NCBI GenBank assembly: GCA_002327445.1 | Contig: DCWA01000009.1 | Coordinates: forward strand, 7,181 to 71,180 | Length of the DNA: 64,000 bases | Direction: 5' to 3' | From: Desulfobacteraceae bacterium UBA2174 | Lineage (GTDB): Bacteria > Desulfobacterota > Desulfobacteria > Desulfobacterales > UBA2174 | In this document: piece after piece, positions 35,916 to 46,402 of the stretch | How the letters are laid out: each line of letters opens with the position of its first letter | Numbering within the stretch: the first letter of the stretch is position 1 | The notes under the pieces: model-generated | The model's input: the letters and a program-made list of their open reading frames with translations, nothing else | Told to the model about the DNA's origin: nothing | Databases searched by the model: none | Made by a program: the position numbers and the translations under genes

Positions 35916-37469
35916 TCAAGGCGCGGCCTCCTGCACTTCGAACCCGCAGACGCCGCAGTCCCGGCGGCTGAACTCCACGCCGATCAGATAGACCGGATCG
36001 CCCCGGTCCAGGTACTTGTCGGCATAGCTCTTGGCCAAAAGTTGCGCCAGGGCCTTTCCTTCGGGTTCGGCTTCCACCACCTTGAACTCGAACAAAAAAA
36101 CCCGTCCCTCGAACAGCACCGCCATGTCCACCCGGTCCTGACTGGTGGTGTCCTCCACCCGGATGTCCAGGCCCAGGGCCGCGAAGTGGCTGTAAAACAC
36201 GCTGGCATAGTAGCCTTCGTATTCGCCGATGGCGTTGCGCCGGTGCCAGTCGTGCGGTATCGCGGCAAAGAGGGCCTGAAAATGCCGCTCGAGTCCTCTG
36301 AAATCCGCCGCCTGAAGCAGCCGCACCAGCCCCAGGCGCAGTTGCGACTCGCGGCCCGCATCCCCCAGAAAGGCTCCGGTGAGAATGACGTTGAGGCTCT
36401 GGTAGACCTCCCGGTTGGGATAGCGCAGATGGAAAAACCGCGAGCCGGCGATCTCTTCCACCCGGTCCACGGTCAGATACCCCGTCTGAAAGAGCAGCGC
36501 CTCCACCGGCATGGTGTCCACGTCGAAGGTCGACAGCAGCATCTCCGAGGCGATGGTCTCCCCGAGTTTGGGCGTGAAGGTCCCCCGCTCCAGCAGCAGT
36601 TTGACCAGAAAGGTGGGCGTGCCGGATTCGAACCAGTAGTTACCGAAGGTCCGCTTGGCAAAAAAAAGCAGGATATCGAAAGGATTATAAACATTTTCGC
36701 CAAGCCATCGGTATCCGTCGTACCACTGGCGTACCGCCTCGCGGTCCACCCCTTCCAGCTCAGGAGAAAATACTGTCTCAAGGTCTTTTTCGGTGTACCC
36801 GCAGATGGCCGAATACGGCGCCTCCACGGTCAAATCGCGCAGGTTGTTGAGTCCTGAAAAGATCCCGGCCTTGCTGAACTTGGACACCCCGGTCAAGAAG
36901 GCGAAGCGCACATGGGCGTCGCTGTCCTTGATCACCGAGTAAAAATCGCGCAGCACCTCCCGCAGCCGCAGCGCCTCCTCGCGATCCTCGATGCGGTCCA
37001 GAATCGGCTTGTCGTACTCGTCCACCAGCACCACCACCCGCCGGCCCGTCTGTTCGTGGGCCTGGCGGACAAGCGCCTTGAACCGGATATTGATCTCGGA
37101 AAACGGAACTTGGAGGCTGTATTGCTGCTCATACTGCGACAGTTGGGCGATCAAACTCTGCTGCAGCGCCTCCACCGAACCGGGCACCCCGCCGGCGAAG
37201 CTGAAAGCCAGCACCGGATACACCGCCGACCAGTCCCAGCGCGCCTCGGCATACAGCCCCGCAAACAGCTCGCGGCTGCCGGAAAACAGCTCCTTGAACG
37301 TGTCGATGAGCAGGCTCTTGCCGAAACGCCGGGGACGGGAAAGGAAGTAATAGCTTCCCTCTTCGATCAACGACAGCACGAAGACGGTCTTGTCCACATA
37401 GTAGTAGTCGGCTTGCCGGATCTTGCGAAACGACTGCACGCCGATGGGCAGCTTCTTTTTGGCGGTCAT
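35916..37469 (-). CDS. AAA-ATPase-like + PD-(D/E)XK nuclease (DUF1703-type) protein
   Basis: LPIGVQSF, YYVDKT, RPRRFGKS, VDEYDKP, TGVSKFSK, WYDGY, YNPF; C-terminal R.D...EFK...Q...K.Y. Confidence 0.9.
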   Translation of the reverse strand: MTAKKKLPIGVQSFRKIRQADYYYVDKTVFVLSLIEEGSYYFLSRPRRFGKSLLIDTFKELFSGSRELFAGLYAEARWDWSAVYPVLAFSFAGGVPGSVEALQQSLIAQLSQYEQQYSLQVPFSEINIRFKALVRQAHEQTGRRVVVLVDEYDKPILDRIEDREEALRLREVLRDFYSVIKDSDAHVRFAFLTGVSKFSKAGIFSGLNNLRDLTVEAPYSAICGYTEKDLETVFSPELEGVDREAVRQWYDGYRWLGENVYNPFDILLFFAKRTFGNYWFESGTPTFLVKLLLERGTFTPKLGETIASEMLLSTFDVDTMPVEALLFQTGYLTVDRVEEIAGSRFFHLRYPNREVYQSLNVILTGAFLGDAGRESQLRLGLVRLLQAADFRGLERHFQALFAAIPHDWHRRNAIGEYEGYYASVFYSHFAALGLDIRVEDTTSQDRVDMAVLFEGRVFLFEFKVVEAEPEGKALAQLLAKSYADKYLDRGDPVYLIGVEFSRRDCGVCGFEVQEAAP

Positions 37470-37621
37470 CGGTTGGGCCCCCTTGCGCAAGGACGACGGT
37501 GAAAAGAATCAACTCGCCTGGCAATGAACAGGCCGGGCCAGCGCAATGAAGAATAGCCGATTTCAGGCGGCATGCCAAGAAAGTGTACTTTTTACAATTA
37601 TCACCGATTTTCGCGGAGTTT

Positions 37622-39396
37622 TAACCGTCACAGCAATATAAGAATCAGAATTTGTATTTACTGAAAAACGAACTCAAGTTTAGCATCCCCCAGCCAAGAT
37701 GCTTTGGTCGGCAAGCGGTGCCACGGCGCGTTTCTCAAGATCGGGTTGTGTGCCCTTCGGGGGAAAGTCACGATCAGCCGATCGGCCGTCAGGACCACTT
37801 GTCCTTTGCCTTTGACAAAATGCCGATACACCTTGGCCGCGTCGCATTCCTCGAAGCCGCGCAGCTTGGCGGCCAGCATGCTGTACAACGTGTCGGCCAC
37901 CACGGTCATGACCACATCGAAGTGGACTTTGGTCAGGATCGGAGACGACAGGGCATTGAGGCTGAAGAACTTGACCGCCTCGGCGATGGAGTTTTCCACC
38001 CGCCAGCGGCGGGCATAGTCGCTGACGATGCGTTCCACCGGCGAGTCCGTGTCGTTTGTGATCAGAAAAGCCGGCTTCTCATGGCCGTTGCCGCGGATGG
38101 CGACCTGGCGCAGAGTGCCGCGATAGCCGGTTAGTTCGACCATGGACTGGTACACCTGAGGGTTGGGGTATTTGCGTTTCGCGTGCGGGATATGGATCTT
38201 TTCCCAAGGGCCGACCGCATCGAGGCCCTGGATCAGGTTTTTACCACGGCGTCGAAGGGTGATGAACTTGACGCCCAAGTCGTTGAGTTGTGACAGGTTT
38301 GCATAGGTGGTGAATTTCGAGTCGAAGATCAGTGTCGGGTTCATTCCGCGCCGGGCCTTCTTCCAGAAGGTCAGAAACTCCAGGATCTGATCGTCGGCTT
38401 CCCGGCGTTGGATATCGGCGGCCGTGTAGAGAACCAGTTTGGAGCCGGCATCTTGGCTCACAAGGGTCAACGCCCCTTTCATGCGCTTGTTTCTGGCCCC
38501 GGCCCAATGCTCCTGAAGAACGGACTGATCGCCAAAGTGAGGGATGGTGTGAAAGTCCAGGTTGACGATGCTTTTGTCGTAAAGGCCGATGCGGTCGGCC
38601 TGCCGGACGAAGGCTTTCTGCAATTTATACAGATGGATGGCATCCAGCGAGTAAGAGTAGGTGGACATGGCCGTGCATTTGGGCAGCACGTTGAGACCGG
38701 CAAACAGGCCCAAGCCGGCATCGAAGCTGTGATCGTTGATGCGGGCAAAGCGCTCGGTGCCGATGAGCTTCACGGCTAAAAAAGACAGAAAATACTGCAA
38801 GGCCGGGATCGTCTTGCTGCCTGGAAGGCCGGCCTCGGCGACGACCTTGGCCAGATCGAGTTGCTCGATAAACGGGGCAAAAAGGAATACGCCGGCCGCG
38901 TCACAATCGACTTTGCACGGTTCGCCGACAGAAACCATCCGGGATGCCTCCGGAACCCGAGCGCCCTGGACGGTGAGGCCGATCTTGAGACGGGTGCGCC
39001 GCGGCAGACGCGGGTAGCCCTCTTCGGCCAGCACCCGTTCGACGGTGCGAACGGACAGATCGATGCCGTCTTCCGACAGCAGTTGGACGATTTCTCCGGC
39101 AGACAGGCGTTGTTGGCGCCATGCGCAGATCTTTTCCCGAGTGGCCCGGTCAACGGCCCTGCGGTTGATTTTACCCTCAGGAACGGGTTCGGCAAAATCA
39201 ATTTTTCCATGGATGAATTGGTGCCGGAGCAGGTGAACGTAGCTTTGAGAATAACCGAAACGATCAGCCACGACCCTGGCCGGCTGTCTGTCGACAAAGG
39301 AGGCCCTGAGCGCCTCGTAGCGCCGTTGCCATTCTTGCCCGGGGTGCAGGAAGAATTTTTCGTCGGCCATGCGATTTTTTATAGTATGTGACGCTT
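37622..39396 (-). mobile_element. Insertion sequence carrying a DDE transposase; ends approximate
   Basis: Imperfect inverted ends TAACCGTCACA..TATAA (37622) vs reverse complement TAAGCGTCACA..TATAA (39396); lower GC than host genes. Confidence 0.5.
37658..39370 (-). CDS. DDE transposase with N-terminal HTH domains (IS4/IS1380-like superfamily)
   Basis: HTH (RTVERVL), LDFH, FDSKF, FITLR, LITN, Y.RRW.VEN..(A)E signature. Confidence 0.82.
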   Translation of the reverse strand: MADEKFFLHPGQEWQRRYEALRASFVDRQPARVVADRFGYSQSYVHLLRHQFIHGKIDFAEPVPEGKINRRAVDRATREKICAWRQQRLSAGEIVQLLSEDGIDLSVRTVERVLAEEGYPRLPRRTRLKIGLTVQGARVPEASRMVSVGEPCKVDCDAAGVFLFAPFIEQLDLAKVVAEAGLPGSKTIPALQYFLSFLAVKLIGTERFARINDHSFDAGLGLFAGLNVLPKCTAMSTYSYSLDAIHLYKLQKAFVRQADRIGLYDKSIVNLDFHTIPHFGDQSVLQEHWAGARNKRMKGALTLVSQDAGSKLVLYTAADIQRREADDQILEFLTFWKKARRGMNPTLIFDSKFTTYANLSQLNDLGVKFITLRRRGKNLIQGLDAVGPWEKIHIPHAKRKYPNPQVYQSMVELTGYRGTLRQVAIRGNGHEKPAFLITNDTDSPVERIVSDYARRWRVENSIAEAVKFFSLNALSSPILTKVHFDVVMTVVADTLYSMLAAKLRGFEECDAAKVYRHFVKGKGQVVLTADRLIVTFPRRAHNPILRNAPWHRLPTKASWLGDAKLEFVFQ

Positions 39397-39406
39397 ACCA
39401 TGTCAA
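39378..39406 (-). promoter_or_regulatory. Near-consensus sigma70 promoter directly in front of the transposase ATG
   Basis: TTGACA-N17-TATAAA, then 7 nt to ATG. Confidence 0.7.
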
Positions 39407-39814
39407 TAGAGAAATGTTAAAATAAATCGATTGGCTGAGTTGGTGCTCTGATATCTCGCCAGACTTTTGGCTTATATATTGATATTAATGGAGATTTTAG
39501 ATTGGTTGCCCGGTACCGGAATTGGACTGGCGTCATTTTAACTTCAGCGGAGAACCTTTTTAAGGCGTCATGGTATATAAAGGCACAGCTTAAAACCATG
39601 GCGCATGAAAACTCTATCTGTATGATTTAGCTTATCATTTCCGTATCTCGGGTTTTTTGTAAGCTGAAAAGGCTTATATGGAAAACGTTCCGCGAAAATC
39701 GGTGTTTAGCCAAAAATGGTCGCTCGGAACGCGCCGAAGGCGCCTGTGGCTTTCGAACGCGAAGTCGAATGAGCCCTGACATCCGAGACCCGTCAACCCA
39801 AGAGAGGAGGAGGT

Positions 39815-41425
39815 ATGCCCGAGCTGAAGGTGAACTTTGACATTTTGTCACCAGTGAAATTTTTGGTCCGCAGTGCCGAGGTTTACCCGGACAAGGTGGC
39901 GGTGGTGTACGGCGATGAGCGCTACACGTACCGGCAATTTTACGAGCGGGTCGATCGGTTGGCCAGCGCCCTGATCAGCCGCGGGGTCGGCAAGGGGGAC
40001 AAGGTCGCCTTCATCTGTCCCAATACCCCGCCCATGCTCGAAGCCCATTATGCAGTGCCGATGATCGGTGCCGCGCTGGTGAGCGTCAACATCCGTCTTT
40101 CGGCCCAGGAGGTCAATTACATTCTCGACCACTCCGACGCCAAGGCGGTTTTCGCGGACAACGAGTTCGCCCACCTGGTGAACGCCCGGCCAGGCGCCTT
40201 GCCCAAAGTGGAAGCCCTGGTGAATATTTGTGACGTCAGCGCCGAGAAGCCACTGGACGGGCCGAGCTATCCCGATTTTCTGGCCACTGGATCGTCGAAG
40301 CCGGTCACCATCGACGTGGATGACGAGTACCGGGTGGCCACCATCAACTATACCAGCGGCACCACCGGGCTTCCCAAGGGCGTCATGTACCATCATCGCG
40401 GCGCCTACCTCAACGCCATAGGGGAAATGCTGGAGTGCAATTTCATCCATGATTCGGTCTATCTGTGGACCCTGCCGATGTTTCACTGCAACGGCTGGTG
40501 CTTCACCTGGGGCGTGACTGCCATGGGCGGCACCCACGTCTGCCTTCGCCAAGTGGCGCCTGCGGAGATTTTCCGTCTCATTGAAACCGAGGGCGTCTCT
40601 CATCTGTGCGCCGCGCCCACAGTGCTGATTTCCATGGCGAACTATCCGGGCGCCCGAGGATACCAGATGCTCCGGCGGCTGGAGATCATGACTGCCGGCG
40701 CGCCGCCGTCTCCCACCATCATTCAGACCATGGAGACCATGGGCGCCAACATCACCCATACCTACGGTTTGACGGAGGTATTCGGCCCCCATAGCGTCTG
40801 TGCCTGGAAAGCGGAGTGGAACGATCTGCCCCTTGAGGAGAAAGCCAAGATCAAGGCACGCCAGGGCGTCCCGTTCATTCTGACTCATTACATGGACGTG
40901 GTGGATCCCAAGACGATGCAGCCGGTGCCGCGGGATGGTGTGACGATCTGAGAGATCGTCATGCGCGGCAACAACGTGATGATCGGATACTACAAGGATG
41001 CCGAAGCCACCGCGACGGCTTTTGCCGGTGGGTGGTTCCACAGCGGGGACCTGGCCGTGATGCACCCGGACAATTACGCGCAGATCATGGACCGGAAGAA
41101 GGACATCATCATCAGCGGCGGGGAAAACATCTCCACCGTGGAGGTGGAGAACGTGATCTACCGGCACCCGGACGTGTTGGAGGTAGCGGTGGTGCCGATT
41201 CCCGACCCCAAGTGGGGCGAGGTGCCCAAGGCCTTCGTGGTGCCCCGAGAAGGGGCGAGCCCAACGGCGGAAGACATTATCGAATTCTGCAAACAGAACC
41301 TGGCGCGCTTCAAGGCACCCAAGGTGGTGGAGTTCGGCGAGCTGCCCAAAACCGCCACTGGCAAGATCCAGAAGTTCAAGCTGCGCGAGAAGGAGTGGGC
41401 CGGCCGAGATCGGCGGGTCAACTGA
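39815..41425 (+). pseudogene. Acyl-CoA synthetase (AMP-binding) interrupted by one in-frame TGA at 40949-40951
   Basis: [49 protein letters not shown]; both ORFs share a frame; stop replaces the Gly of GEIVMRG. Confidence 0.88.
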
Positions 41426-41608
41426 GGACGTCGGGCGGGACCTCCGTCAAGCGAAAGGTTTCCGCTATTAATCATCAATAATATCAATTATTTGCTTGGC
41501 GATGATCGGAAAGCGTCTCTGCGTCGGAAAAGCAGGCTGAAGATAGTAGAATCCTGTTTTTCGATTTATGCGTATGAATCCCTCAAATCGGAGCTTGCGC
41601 AGGATTCC

Positions 41609-41798
41609 TTTTAGCTCACTTGACACTTTTTCTGAGTGACTAAAATTACGAGTGACTAAAGTGACTAAAGTGGTGGAGTCGCTTTGCTCCGGTTTTTATA
41701 TAGCTGCCAGGATTTCTTCACTTTAGCTCACTTTAGTGCCTTACTCCTGAGTTACTGTCACAAAAAACAAGAAAATCTCTTTGCGCCTTTGCGTCTTT
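41609..41798. repeat. Short-period repeat cluster (AGTGACTAAA units, inverted CTTTAGCTCA units, CTTTGCGY units)
   Basis: GAGTGACTAAA..GAGTGACTAAAGTGACTAAAGTG / CACTTTAGCTCACTTTAG; CTTTGCGCCTTTGCGTCTTT at 41779. Confidence 0.7.
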
Positions 41799-42737
41799 TA
41801 TCGCAATGCATCCTTTCAACCCAAAATCGGCGTCGATTTCGCCGAACTGATCAAGGCCAACGAAAACCACAAGGCGGTGTTCAGCGACGATATTCCCGAA
41901 CTGACCCCGTCGGTGGTGGCCCAAACCATCCGCCAGACCACCGGCACCCGGGAAAAGGAGGTGCAGGACATGCACCATATCCTGGTGGCCAACAACCTTC
42001 CCGGAGCCGATGTGCTCGGCAATGCCGTCAACCTCATGCGGGCCGTGCGCACCGACAGCGAAGAGCAGACCATTTCCACCTTCAACAGTTTCTTCAAGGA
42101 ACTCAAGGAGGCCATCAAGCGGGCCGCCGAGTTGGCCGCCGTTCTGCACGAGCCCAAGCTCCTGGATCTGAAGGCGGCCAGGAAGGTCCTGGATACCATG
42201 TGGCCCTTTCTGGCAAAGGAACCGGACCTGGATGACTGCCTCCGCGACCATGCCGAGCGGCTGTCTGACCTTCTGGCCAGGGAAACCTTCTACCGCGAAA
42301 TGGTCGCCATCGACCAACATGCCCGCGAGTTGAAGGCCGAATACCGGCGGCGTTTCGAAGCGGCGGCGCAGACCCGGCAGAAGGTTTACACCGAGGCCAT
42401 CCAATCCTTGCAGAAGACCCCTGGCTGGGAGAAGCTCACCGCCGACCAGAAGACGGTCATCGAGGAACCGTTGGCCCAATTTGTAGCGGCTCCCAACGAC
42501 GCGACCATGGCAATTTCTCAGCTTCGTGCCGATTGCGACGCAGCGGTCGGCCGGCTCAACAAGGCCGTGGAAGACATGGTGCGCTTGGTGGACGGCAGCC
42601 GGGTGGTGCGGGTGAAGGTATCGGATTTCTTTTTCGGTGGGGTGGAAACCGAAGAGCAGTTGGAGGCGGCCATCAAAGGTCTGAAAGAGGAGTGCGAGCG
42701 ACACATCGGGGCCGGGAGAAAAGTGCTGATTCAATAA
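41795..42737 (+). pseudogene. brxC: C-terminal fragment of BREX P-loop ATPase BrxC-like gene
   Basis: No RBS/ATG or P-loop; helical region ending GGVETEEQLEAAI..L.EEC...IGAGRKV.IQ resembles BrxC C-termini; lies upstream of a pglX-like gene. Confidence 0.6.
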
Positions 42738-42861
42738 ATACAGCAAGATACGAGTCGAGTTGGTCTTGTTGAGCTTGTTTCAGCGCACTGTGATAAGAAA
42801 TAGGGGGCCGAATTCTTATTTCATAAAACGGCCTTTTTCTCGTATGTGAATAGCGCGTATT

Positions 42862-42938
42862 GCTGTCATTCCGAACGCAGTGAGGAATCTTGGCGCCTCA
42901 AAGAGATCCCTCGTCGCGTTGCTCCTCGGGATGACAGC
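42862..42938. repeat. GTCAT/ATGAC-tagged REP-like palindromic element
   Basis: GCTGTCATTCCGAACGCAGTGAGGAATCT...AGATCCCTCG...CTCGGGATGACAGC. Confidence 0.8.
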
Positions 42939-43076
42939 GTGGGAGGGGGGAAACCGCGGACACATCCTTGACCCCAGCGGTCGGAAAAGTGGCCGGCGGC
43001 AGCGCTGAATTAGAAAGCTCTCCAACAGGCATGAAATGGACAAATGCACACGCCACCGGATCCGGAAGGTCTCATC

Positions 43077-44390
43077 ATGACCAGAACCCGTTTCAATGGA
43101 AAACGTCCCCATGGCGCCACGCGCATCGAGGCGCTCAACTACCGTTGCCTGCGCTACGTACGGCGGGACCTGCGACCTTTTCATCTTCTCGTGGGGCCGA
43201 ACGCCTCGGGGAAATCCACCCTGCTGGACGTGCTGAACTTTCTTGGAGACCTCGTGCGCTCGGACCTGGATACCGCCGTGCGCGGGGATCCGCGTCTCGA
43301 TATTATTTTTCGTGCGCCCGATCCGCAGCATCTGACCTGGATGCGCCGGGGACAGAGTTTTGAGCTGGCCATCGAAATGGCCATACCGGAAGCCGTTCGA
43401 AAGGCCAAGGAGACGCCTCAAGAAGTTGTGCGCTACGAGGTGTGCATCGAGGTGGAGAACCAGGCGCGCATCGCAGTGGAAAACGTCTGGCTCAAACCGG
43501 CCGATGCCGATGATCCTGTCGCCAGTCCGCGTCAGGCGCTACTTTTTCCGGTGCAGGAACAACCCCCCGAGCACATCGTGCGTTTACCGAACAAAAAGAG
43601 CCCTCGAGGGTGGAAAAAAGTGGTCTCTCGGAGCGAGTCGGGCCAGACCTACTTCATTGCCGAAACCACGGGTTGGAATGCGCCTTTCGCCCTTTCGCCC
43701 CACAAAACGTCACTTGCCAGCCTTCCCGAAGACCGCAACCGCTTCCCTTGTGCCCTGTGGCTTCGCGATGTCTTTTCTTCCGGGGTGCGGCGATTGGCCT
43801 TGTCCGCCGAAGCCATGCGGTTGCCTTCCGCTCCGACCCTTCAGGCGGGATATTTGCCGGATGGTTCAAACCTGCCCTATGTGGTGGCGCGTCTGGAGGA
43901 AAAAGAGGATCTTTACAAGCGCTGGATCGCTCACGTCCAGGAGGCCTTGCCGGACATCGAAACCGTGACGACGGCGGAAAGACCCGAAGATCGGCACCGT
44001 TACCTGATCGTCCGCTATCGCAACGGCCTCGAAGCCCCTTCGTGGCTGATTTCTGACGGTACCTTGCGGACTCTGGCGCTGACACTCCTGGCGTATGCCA
44101 CCGACACCAAGGGCGGCTTGCTGCTCATCGAGGAGCCGGAAAACGGTATCCATCCCCGCGCGGCCCAGACCGTGTTTCAGGCCCTTTCATCGGTCTACGA
44201 CACCCAGATTCTGATCGCCACCCATTCGCCGCTGATCCTGGGGCTTGCCTCTCTGGACGATCTCTTGTGCTTCGGCCGCACCGAGGAGGGCGCGACCGAC
44301 ATCGTCGCCGGCCGCGAACATCCGCGCCTGCGGGACTGGCAAGGCACGCTGGACCTGTCCACCCTTTTTGCCGCGGGGGTGCTCGGATGA
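43077..44390 (+). CDS. ABC/AAA_21-type ATPase, MAD3-like
   Basis: I.ALNYRCL, GPNASGKST, DGSNL, SDGTLR.LAL, IEEPENGIHP, ATHSP; start 43044 or 43077. Confidence 0.85.
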   Translation: MTRTRFNGKRPHGATRIEALNYRCLRYVRRDLRPFHLLVGPNASGKSTLLDVLNFLGDLVRSDLDTAVRGDPRLDIIFRAPDPQHLTWMRRGQSFELAIEMAIPEAVRKAKETPQEVVRYEVCIEVENQARIAVENVWLKPADADDPVASPRQALLFPVQEQPPEHIVRLPNKKSPRGWKKVVSRSESGQTYFIAETTGWNAPFALSPHKTSLASLPEDRNRFPCALWLRDVFSSGVRRLALSAEAMRLPSAPTLQAGYLPDGSNLPYVVARLEEKEDLYKRWIAHVQEALPDIETVTTAERPEDRHRYLIVRYRNGLEAPSWLISDGTLRTLALTLLAYATDTKGGLLLIEEPENGIHPRAAQTVFQALSSVYDTQILIATHSPLILGLASLDDLLCFGRTEEGATDIVAGREHPRLRDWQGTLDLSTLFAAGVLG

Positions 44391-45010
44391 ATCCGGAATT
44401 GATCTTGCTTGTAGCCGACAAGAACATGGAAGCAGGATTGGACGGCCTTCTGAGCCGGCGCAGAAAATCCCTTGGACTGGCGGATTTTTCCTATGAAGTG
44501 CATGTCCATCCCCGCCATGATCCCGGTTGCTATCACGATGGTGCGGTTTTGTTGCACGGTCTGATCGGTGGAGCGAACAGGTACGGGCTTTTGGTTTTCG
44601 ACTTTGCCTGGGATGGAAACCCGCATTCAAACGCTGCCGAGACGGAAGCCGCCGTGCGGGAAAAATTCAGACAACTGGGCATCGAAGAGCGCGCCGAAGT
44701 GGTCGTCATCGATCCGGAACTGGAAATTTGGGTATGGAGCGCATCGCCCCATGTGGAAGACGTGCTGGGATGGAAGGGTTCGACCCCGCCGCTCAGATCC
44801 TGGCTTCGCAATCAGGGTTTGTGGGGCGATGATCGGCCCAAGCCGCAAGATCCTAAACGAGCCATGGAAGACGCCCTTTACGAGAAACGTATCCCGCGGT
44901 CATCCTCACTTTACCGGCAGCTTGCCGAAAAAGTGGGGTTGACGACATGCCGGGATGCCTCGCTCCAGCGCATCGTCAAGCCGCTCAGAGGTTGGTTCCC
45001 CGCAAAATGA
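44387..45010 (+). CDS. ATPase partner protein, MAD4-like (TOPRIM/DUF4276-like putative nuclease)
   Basis: LVADKNME, HPRHDPGC, LLVFD, VIDPELEIWVW, KP.DPK; ATGA overlap with ATPase stop. Confidence 0.7.
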   Translation: MNPELILLVADKNMEAGLDGLLSRRRKSLGLADFSYEVHVHPRHDPGCYHDGAVLLHGLIGGANRYGLLVFDFAWDGNPHSNAAETEAAVREKFRQLGIEERAEVVVIDPELEIWVWSASPHVEDVLGWKGSTPPLRSWLRNQGLWGDDRPKPQDPKRAMEDALYEKRIPRSSSLYRQLAEKVGLTTCRDASLQRIVKPLRGWFPAK

Positions 45011-45073
45011 GGGCCGCGCCGGGAACGCCGCGCCCCGATTCGGCCAAAGTTAGGATGCCAAAGGCATACACAG

Positions 45074-46402
45074 ATGGACAAACCCACCCGCAACCAGATC
45101 CAGAAAGCCACCCAGGACGCCCGTACGCTGCTTGAGATCGAATTCCGCCAGCAGTTGGAGGGGATCTTCGATATTCATCCCGATGGCAGCATTGCGCCGG
45201 AACCGGGGGCGCATCTGGATGCCGACCAGCGGATTTTGCGGCAAAAGATCGTGGCCGCCATCGCCCATGAAAAGGCCGGCGGGATGTCGGATCGCGATGC
45301 CGTGACCGCCTACTTTCGCGAGGCATCCTTTACCTGCCTGAACCGGTTCGTTGCCTTGAAAATGCTGGAGGCCCGGGACCTGACCCAGCAATGCATCTCA
45401 AAAGGCGAGCTGTCTTCCGGGTTCAAAGAATTTTGCGGGCTGGCGCCCGGCTTGGCCGAACTGCCGGACCGCGGCTACCGGCTCTATATCGAGAGCCTGT
45501 TCGACGAGCTTTCCACGGAAATCCGGGTGCTGTTCGACCGCCTGAGCCCGGCCTCCCTGTTGTGGCCGCGGAAAACCGCACTGGACGGGCTGCTGTCCAT
45601 TCTCAACCGCCAAGAGCTTGAGGAAATTTGGGACGAGGACGAAACCATCGGCTGGCTGTACCAGTATTTCAACAGCGCCGACGAGCGCAAAAAAATGCGG
45701 GACGAGTCCGCCGCGCCGCGCAATTCCCATGAGCTGGCGGTCCGCAACCAGTTTTTCACCCCTCGTTACGTGGTCGAATTTTTGACCGATAACACCCTCG
45801 GCCGAATCTGGTACGAGATGACCCAGGGCCAGACCGTTTTAAAGGACACCTGCCGTTACCTCGTGCGCCGGCCGGACGAAGTTTTTTTGGACGACACGCA
45901 TTCACCCGCAGATGCAAAGGCCAAGCGATGGTTGCAGGGAGCAGATGAAGATTTCCCTACTGCCTACGAATTGGCCTGTACGGTCGATACTTACAAAAGA
46001 TACCCCTCAGTTGATGCTGCGGCTGACTGGCTATACAGGAACATAACCCGCGTCACGGCCGGGGAGACCAGTGAGCTGAAAACCCAAGAACTCCTGGATC
46101 TTCTTTTCATGCTGCATCGCGCGGACCATTTTTCTGAAGGCACTCTTGATCATTACAGCAACGAAATCAAACAAATCATCGATGAACTTGCTGAACGACG
46201 AAATCAAGGTAAGTCTGATAATCAAACTCAGGAAGCGCTGTTGAATCAGCCGGTATTTATTCCTTACAGAAAGTTGAAATACCCGCGGGAAATTTTGATG
46301 CTTGACCCGGCCTGCGGTTCCATGCACTTCGGTCTCTACGCCTTCGATCTTTTTGAGATAATTTATCGGGAATCACTCAACCCAAGGTTGATAACGTCGT
46401 GA
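45074..46402 (+). pseudogene. pglX: BREX PglX-like adenine methyltransferase, N-terminal half only
   Basis: NRFVALKMLEAR, E.IGWLYQYFN, RNQFFTPRYVV.FL.DNTLG, LDPACGS.HF; ends before any NPPY motif at MITE/IS insertion. Confidence 0.85.

Noticed and set aside
35394-37334. Duplicated AAA segment as a DGR template/variable repeat
   Set aside because: Differences are not adenine-specific, include an indel, and no reverse transcriptase is present
39417-39800. Short ORFs in the AT-rich stretch next to the transposase
   Set aside because: No RBS, motifs or host-like codon bias; more likely the promoter region of the acyl-CoA synthetase
40949-40951. TGA as selenocysteine or genome-wide UGA=Gly recoding
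   Set aside because: The aligned residue is Gly, not Cys, and TGA terminates many intact genes in this window, including ATGA overlaps
41609-41740. Repeats as a CRISPR array or plasmid iterons
   Set aside because: Units are 9-11 bp without unique spacers; no cas or rep gene nearby
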